From an uncultured Actinomycetota bacterium (GTDB lineage Bacteria; Actinomycetota; Actinomycetes; JAFAQI01), in the NCBI GenBank assembly GCA_963770565.1, contig CAVYQE010000001.1, forward strand, positions 800,001-864,000: 64,000 bases of DNA, in the 5' to 3' direction. The first letter of the stretch is position 1; the number at the start of each line of letters is the position of its first letter. This document shows positions 59,183 to 64,000 of this stretch, in pieces. The notes below the pieces were generated by a model that saw only the letters and a list, made by a program, of their open reading frames with translations, was not told the origin of the DNA and made no database searches. The translations under genes and the position numbers were made by a program.

Positions 59183-60070
59183 TCAGGACGGGACGACGAA
59201 GCCATCCGGTGGCGGTGGCTCAGCATCTCCCGTACTACGGATCGCAGGAGCCGCGCCGGGCGGGAATGCGCCCGTGGGCGGCAAGGGAGGCGACGCCCAT
59301 CCGGCCGGTGCGACCGGGGGTGGGGCGGCGGCGAAGGCGCGGCGGCGGCGTTCGGCAAGGACGGCGGCGATGACCGCCCATCCGGGCGTTGCGGGCGGTG
59401 GCACGCCTACCTTGCGGACAACCTCGCTCGCGATCTGGTGTTCGAGCGTCGCCCGGGCATCAGGGGTGAACGACGAGGCGCGGCTGAGGAACTGCCGCAT
59501 CCGGAGCGCGAGCGCGTCGTCGACCCCGGTCAGGTCGAGCGACGCCGCCCATCCGGCGAGCATCGGGGGCATGCCGACCGGTGCTTCGAGCTGGCCCGGG
59601 ACTCGTTCCTGCAGGACGACCGTGCCGGCAAAGAAGTCGCCGATGCGCTTCTTCTGACGGCTCGACACCATCGGGATCAGCGCACCGAGTGCGTAAGTGA
59701 TGCCGGGTTTGTCGACGAATACGCCGACCAGTCCGCGTACGAGTGCGTGCCGGAAGCGGATCGGTCCACCGTCGTCCCTGACCACGCGCAGGCCCATCAT
59801 CGCCTTGCCGAGAGTGCGACCCCGCCACAGCGTCTCCATCCCGATCGGGTAGCCCGCGACGATCAGGATCTCCGTGACGACCAGGACGATTTGCAGCACC
59901 GTGATCCCACCGCCGGAGCCGGTCGCGATCAGGACGACCAGGACGGCGAGTTGCGCGGCAAAGGTGATCACGATGTCGATCAGTGCGGCGATCCCGCGTG
60001 ACCCCACTCCGGCCAACGGGAGTTCGACCGACACGGCCTCGCCGGTCACCATCTGCTCGTCGGGCTGCAC
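59183..60070 (-). CDS. RDD family membrane protein
   Basis: VTGEAV, SR..AALID, G.TLGK..MGLRVVRDDG, KRIGD..AGT.V. Confidence 0.9.
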   Translation of the reverse strand: MQPDEQMVTGEAVSVELPLAGVGSRGIAALIDIVITFAAQLAVLVVLIATGSGGGITVLQIVLVVTEILIVAGYPIGMETLWRGRTLGKAMMGLRVVRDDGGPIRFRHALVRGLVGVFVDKPGITYALGALIPMVSSRQKKRIGDFFAGTVVLQERVPGQLEAPVGMPPMLAGWAASLDLTGVDDALALRMRQFLSRASSFTPDARATLEHQIASEVVRKVGVPPPATPGWAVIAAVLAERRRRAFAAAPPPVAPAGWASPPLPPTGAFPPGAAPAIRSTGDAEPPPPDGFVVPS

Positions 60071-60089
60071 GCCACTAGTGTCCTGCGTA

Positions 60090-61100
60090 ATGGACGTCGA
60101 CGTATTCATTGCGACCCATCAGGGCGAGTGGGACCGGCTCGAGCAGCTGGTGGTTCGGGCCCGGCGACCACGGCGGCTGTCGGGGGCCGAGGTCGACGAA
60201 CTGGTCGCGCTCTATCAGCGTGCGGCCAGCCATCTGTCGATCGTTCAGACCCGCTCCCCGGACCCCGTCCTGGTGGCGCGACTGTCCAGGATCGTCGCCG
60301 ATGGGCGAGCGGCCGTGGTGGGCACGCACGCGCCTGCCTGGCGTGACATCTCGCGCTTCTTCGTGGTCACGTTCCCGGTCGCGGTTTACCGGACCCGGAC
60401 CTGGTGGGTGTCAACCACGGTGGTGTCGCTCTCTGTTGCGACCGCCTTCGGGTGGTGGATTGCGACCCATCCGGAGGTGCAGCGTGGACTCGTGCCGGCC
60501 GCGTCGGTCCGGGCGCTGACTAGTGGCGAGTTCGTGCAGTACTACCACTCGGCGCCGGCGCACGACTTTGCGGCGCAGGTCTGGACCAACAATGTGTGGG
60601 TAGCCGCTGGGACCTTGATCGGCGGGGTCCTGTTCGGCCTGCCGACCCTCGTCGCGCTGTTCGGCAACATGCTGAACCTCGGCGTCGATGGCGGCTACAT
60701 GATCGCGGCCGGCAAGTCCGGTCTCTTCTTCGGTCTGATCGCACCCCACGGGATCCTGGAACTGACCGCCGTATTCGTCGCCGCGGGAACCGGCCTGCGG
60801 CTGGGCTGGACCGTCATCGACCCCGGTCCTCGTCGCCGGGGGGAGGCGCTGGCGGCCGAGGGTCGCGCGGCCGTGACGATCGCGCTCGGCCTGATCGTCG
60901 TACTCGCGGTGTCGGGGTTCATCGAGGCATTCGTCACGCCGTCAGGACTGCCGACCTGGCTGCGGGTGGGGATCGGCATCCTCGCCGAGGTCGGCTTCCT
61001 GAGCTACGTGTGGGTGCTCGGGCGGCGCGGGATGGCCGCCGGTGAGACCGGAGATCTCGACCTTGCCGCGCGCGGCGACCTCGCTGAGGTCGCGGTCTAG
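60090..61100 (+). CDS. Stage II sporulation protein M (DUF95) family membrane protein
   Basis: MDVDVF...H..EW.RL, WTNN, PHGILEL, SG.IEAFVTP. Confidence 0.9.
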   Translation: MDVDVFIATHQGEWDRLEQLVVRARRPRRLSGAEVDELVALYQRAASHLSIVQTRSPDPVLVARLSRIVADGRAAVVGTHAPAWRDISRFFVVTFPVAVYRTRTWWVSTTVVSLSVATAFGWWIATHPEVQRGLVPAASVRALTSGEFVQYYHSAPAHDFAAQVWTNNVWVAAGTLIGGVLFGLPTLVALFGNMLNLGVDGGYMIAAGKSGLFFGLIAPHGILELTAVFVAAGTGLRLGWTVIDPGPRRRGEALAAEGRAAVTIALGLIVVLAVSGFIEAFVTPSGLPTWLRVGIGILAEVGFLSYVWVLGRRGMAAGETGDLDLAARGDLAEVAV

Positions 61101-61177
61101 CGCGGCGGCTGCGCCGGGCGGAGCGCGATGTCCGATTCCCGCCGGAATCCGTCCGCAGGCTGCGGCAAGGTCGAGCC

Positions 61178-61690
61178 ATGACGGCAATCGCTACCCGCTA
61201 TGAGGTCCGCCCGATCGACCCCGAAGTCCTTGCTGGGCTCCGACGCCGCGACGACGCCGGTAGGGCGCCGCGGCTGGTGACCGACGAGGCGGGCGGCAGT
61301 CCGCTGCGCTGTTGCCTACGTCCCAGTCGCCCGGGTGAGGTATTGGCGCTCGTGTCCTACGCGCCCCTGCGGCGCTGGGCGCGGGAGCACCACGTGGACC
61401 CGGGCGCGTACGACGAAGTCGGCCCGGTCTTCATCCATCCCCAGGAGTGTGCAGGCGCGAGTGGCCACGGGTTGCCCGCCGACCTGCTGGGATCCACCCG
61501 AGTGTTTCGTTGTTACAACCGACTTGGCGAGATCGTCGGCGGCCGTGTGGTCACACCGAGTGACGACCCCGAGCGGGCGCTCGACGAGCTGTTCGCCGGT
61601 CCCGACGTCGCGCTGGTGCACGTCCGGGCGGCGGACTTCGGCTGCTTCACCTTCGAGGTCCGGCCGGTCAGAGCCGACCAGCGGCCTTGA
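61178..61690 (+). CDS. DUF1203 family protein
   Basis: PLRCCLR, Y.E.GPVFIH...C, R.Y, VHVR...GCF. Confidence 0.85.
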   Translation: MTAIATRYEVRPIDPEVLAGLRRRDDAGRAPRLVTDEAGGSPLRCCLRPSRPGEVLALVSYAPLRRWAREHHVDPGAYDEVGPVFIHPQECAGASGHGLPADLLGSTRVFRCYNRLGEIVGGRVVTPSDDPERALDELFAGPDVALVHVRAADFGCFTFEVRPVRADQRP

Positions 61691-62963
61691 GGTCGAGGTA
61701 GCTGTCGGCTACCGCTGAGGCAAACGTGTCGGGTGGGGCGGTGGTGACGATCACGCCGCGCTGGCGAAGCTTGGCGATCACCCGACTGCGCTCGGTCTCG
61801 CTCGTCTCGGCCGCCGCGGCGCCGTAAGCCGCGGGGGCGTCGGCGCGGTCCCGCGCCAACTCGGCGAGCCGCGGGTCGGCCACCGCGGCGATGAGCACGG
61901 TGTGCCGCTTGACGAGCGGACCCACAACCGGAAGCAGCCGGGTTTCGATCGCGGTGGGGTCGATCGTCGTGAACCACACCACGAGAGAGCGTCGTCGCAG
62001 CCGTCCGAGGACCGCAGCAACCATGGCGCCCCCGTCGGTCTCGACCAAGGTGGGTTCGAGGTCCGCCGTGGCGCGCATGACCGAGGGCAGCACCTGACCT
62101 TGCCGGGCCAGATCGACCGATGCCCGGAGCCGCCGGTCGTGCGCGATCAACCCGACCCGGTCCCCGGCATGACGGGCGAGTGCGGCCAACAGCAGCGTGG
62201 CGTCGAGGGTGGCCTCGAACCGAGGCGCACCGGCCACCCGTCCGGCTGAGGTCCGACCGGTGTCGAGGACGAGCAGCACCTGCCGGTCGCGCTCGGGCCG
62301 CCAGGTCCGGACGACGACGTCGTTGCGGCGGGCGGTGGCGCGCCAGTCGATCGACCGAGGGTCGTCACCCACCACGTAGCTGCGGAGCGAGTCGAACTCG
62401 CTGCCCTGGCCACGGATGACCGTGACCACTGAGCCGTCGAGCTCGCGAAGCCGGGCGAGCTTCTCCGGGAGCAGCCGGCGGCTGGTGAATGCCGGCAGCA
62501 CCCGGACCGTCCATGGTGCCGGGCGAGTCCGCTGGCGCCCGGCCAGTCCGAGTGGCCCCAGTGCGCGAATCGTGACCCCAGCTGCCGCCCGCACGCCGCG
62601 CCGACTCGGCACCAGCACGGTGGTGAGCCGGGCTCGTTTCCCGGGGTCGACGACCACCTGCCATGAGCGCGGTGTCGCCTGCGCAGTGGGCGGCCAGGCG
62701 TCGCGGACCCTGCCGCGTAACGGACGTGAGCCGACGTTGTGCAACGTCAGCCCGACCTCGGCCGGCTCTCCCATCCGGGTGCTGACCGCGCCGGAGCGCT
62801 CGAGCTCGATCGAGCGGGGCGAGGCGGCCAGGGCGAGGTCGGCCAGGGTGGGTGCTGCGAGCGTGGCCAGCACGATCAGCACCATGAAGCCACCCAGCGG
62901 CGCCACGAAGACGACCAGTACGCCGAGCCCGGCGAGCAGCACGGCGCGCCCGGTCAGCGCCAT
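61668..62963 (-). CDS. DUF58 domain protein
   Basis: G.EFDSLR.YV.GDD.RSIDWRATAR, LDTGRTS. Confidence 0.9.
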   Translation of the reverse strand: MALTGRAVLLAGLGVLVVFVAPLGGFMVLIVLATLAAPTLADLALAASPRSIELERSGAVSTRMGEPAEVGLTLHNVGSRPLRGRVRDAWPPTAQATPRSWQVVVDPGKRARLTTVLVPSRRGVRAAAGVTIRALGPLGLAGRQRTRPAPWTVRVLPAFTSRRLLPEKLARLRELDGSVVTVIRGQGSEFDSLRSYVVGDDPRSIDWRATARRNDVVVRTWRPERDRQVLLVLDTGRTSAGRVAGAPRFEATLDATLLLAALARHAGDRVGLIAHDRRLRASVDLARQGQVLPSVMRATADLEPTLVETDGGAMVAAVLGRLRRRSLVVWFTTIDPTAIETRLLPVVGPLVKRHTVLIAAVADPRLAELARDRADAPAAYGAAAAETSETERSRVIAKLRQRGVIVTTAPPDTFASAVADSYLDLKAAGRL

Positions 62964-62964
62964 G

Positions 62965-63942
62965 TCAGCGGGGCACCGGCACCGCGGCGAGGACACCTTC
63001 GAGCACGCCGTCGGCGTTGACCCCGTCGAGCTCGGCCTCCGGCCTGACATTGACCCGGTGCCGAAGGGTGGGCCGGGCGAGCGCCTTCACGTCGTCCGGA
63101 GTGACGTAGTCGCGGCCCGACAGCCAGGCCCACGCCTTGGCGGTGGCGAGCAGCGCGGTGGCGGCGCGTGGTGAGGCGCCCAATGACAACGACGGAGACG
63201 ACCGGGTCGCTCGGCAGATATCGACGATGTAACCCATGACGTCGGGGGTGGTCCGGACCGCGGCCACGGCGGCTCGACCGGCGCGCAGGTGCTCCACCCC
63301 GGCGACCGGCTCGATCCCGGCCGCGGCGAGGTTGCGTGGGTCGAAGCCGTCGTCGTGGCGGACTAGGATGCTGATCTCGTCCTCGCGGGCGGGGAGCGGA
63401 ACCGTCAGCTTCAGCAGGAATCGGTCGAGCTGGGCTTCGGGCAGGGTGTAGGTGCCTTCGTACTCGACCGGGTTCTGGGTCGCCGCGACCATGAAGGGGT
63501 TGGGGAGCGGACGCGGGGTGCCGTCGACGCTGACCTGGCGTTCCTCCATCGCCTCGAGCAGCGCGGCCTGGGTCTTCGGCGGGGTGCGGTTGATCTCGTC
63601 GGCCAGCAACAAGTTGGTGAAAACCGGCCCTTCGCGGAACTCGAACTGTGCTGTGCGCGCGTCGTAGATCAGCGAGCCGGTCACATCGCCCGGCATGAGG
63701 TCCGGGGTGAACTGCACCCGCTTTGCCTGCAGCGACAGCGTGGCCGCGAGGCTGCGGACAAGCAAGGTCTTCGCGACCCCGGGCACCCCTTCGAGCAGCA
63801 CGTGCCCTTGGCAGAGCAGCGCGACGACCAGGCCGGTCACCGCCGCGTCCTGGCCGACGACCGACTTGGCGACCTCGGTCCGAAGCGACGCCAGCGACTC
63901 GCGCGCGGCGTCGGCCGACACCGCGGGTTGGTCTTCGCTCAC
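62965..63942 (-). CDS. moxR: MoxR family AAA+ ATPase
   Basis: EGVPGVAKT, QFTPDLMP.D, ADEINRTPPKTQ, ATQNP.E.EGTY.LPEAQLDRF. Confidence 0.93.
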   Translation of the reverse strand: MSEDQPAVSADAARESLASLRTEVAKSVVGQDAAVTGLVVALLCQGHVLLEGVPGVAKTLLVRSLAATLSLQAKRVQFTPDLMPGDVTGSLIYDARTAQFEFREGPVFTNLLLADEINRTPPKTQAALLEAMEERQVSVDGTPRPLPNPFMVAATQNPVEYEGTYTLPEAQLDRFLLKLTVPLPAREDEISILVRHDDGFDPRNLAAAGIEPVAGVEHLRAGRAAVAAVRTTPDVMGYIVDICRATRSSPSLSLGASPRAATALLATAKAWAWLSGRDYVTPDDVKALARPTLRHRVNVRPEAELDGVNADGVLEGVLAAVPVPR

Positions 63943-64000
63943 TGCCTACCTCCTGAGGGCGGTCCCTCGTCGCCGGTGATGGCGGCCTCGAGTCTCGGCA
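63939..64000 (-). CDS. C-terminal fragment of the upstream gene of the MoxR operon
   Basis: Open frame ending ...RLEAAITGDEGPPSGGRQ*, stop overlaps the moxR GTG. Confidence 0.5.
   Translation of the reverse strand, partial: PRLEAAITGDEGPPSGGRQ

Overview
High-GC actinobacterial chromosomal window, mostly the conserved core block: CDP-polyol/teichoic-acid-like genes, pccB/accE-birA, purKE, men genes, ugd, hemH, TIGR03089, NDP-mannose genes, cofE/cofD, whiB, GT2/DUF5719, manB, Trm112, SIS, ahcY, RDD/SpoIIM/DUF58/MoxR. No rRNA, tRNA, CRISPR, integrase or intact transposase was seen. The main anomaly is a ~6 kb island (about 6.1-12.07 kb) of unrelated single-gene units: ECF sigma/anti-sigma, VOC, orphan Imm8 and Imm63 immunity genes, a lipoprotein, a YVTN propeller and small membrane proteins. 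Nearly every unit has its own -10 box and leaderless start, and the spacers share a family of degenerate GTGCCG...GCAC-type palindromes, which suggests an integrase-less gene-cassette array. Other points: two 81-bp REP/MITE-like elements with 31-bp periodicity and mirror-skewed flanks; a candidate leader-peptide attenuator before an AAA ATPase; small sigma-28-type ORFs; a HAD-GNAT fusion; an FbiB with a shrunken nitroreductase domain; a purple-acid-phosphatase homolog with altered metal ligands; and a heavily frameshifted stretch at 32.6-35.7 kb that is probably assembly error. All family calls come from motif recognition by eye, not from database searches.
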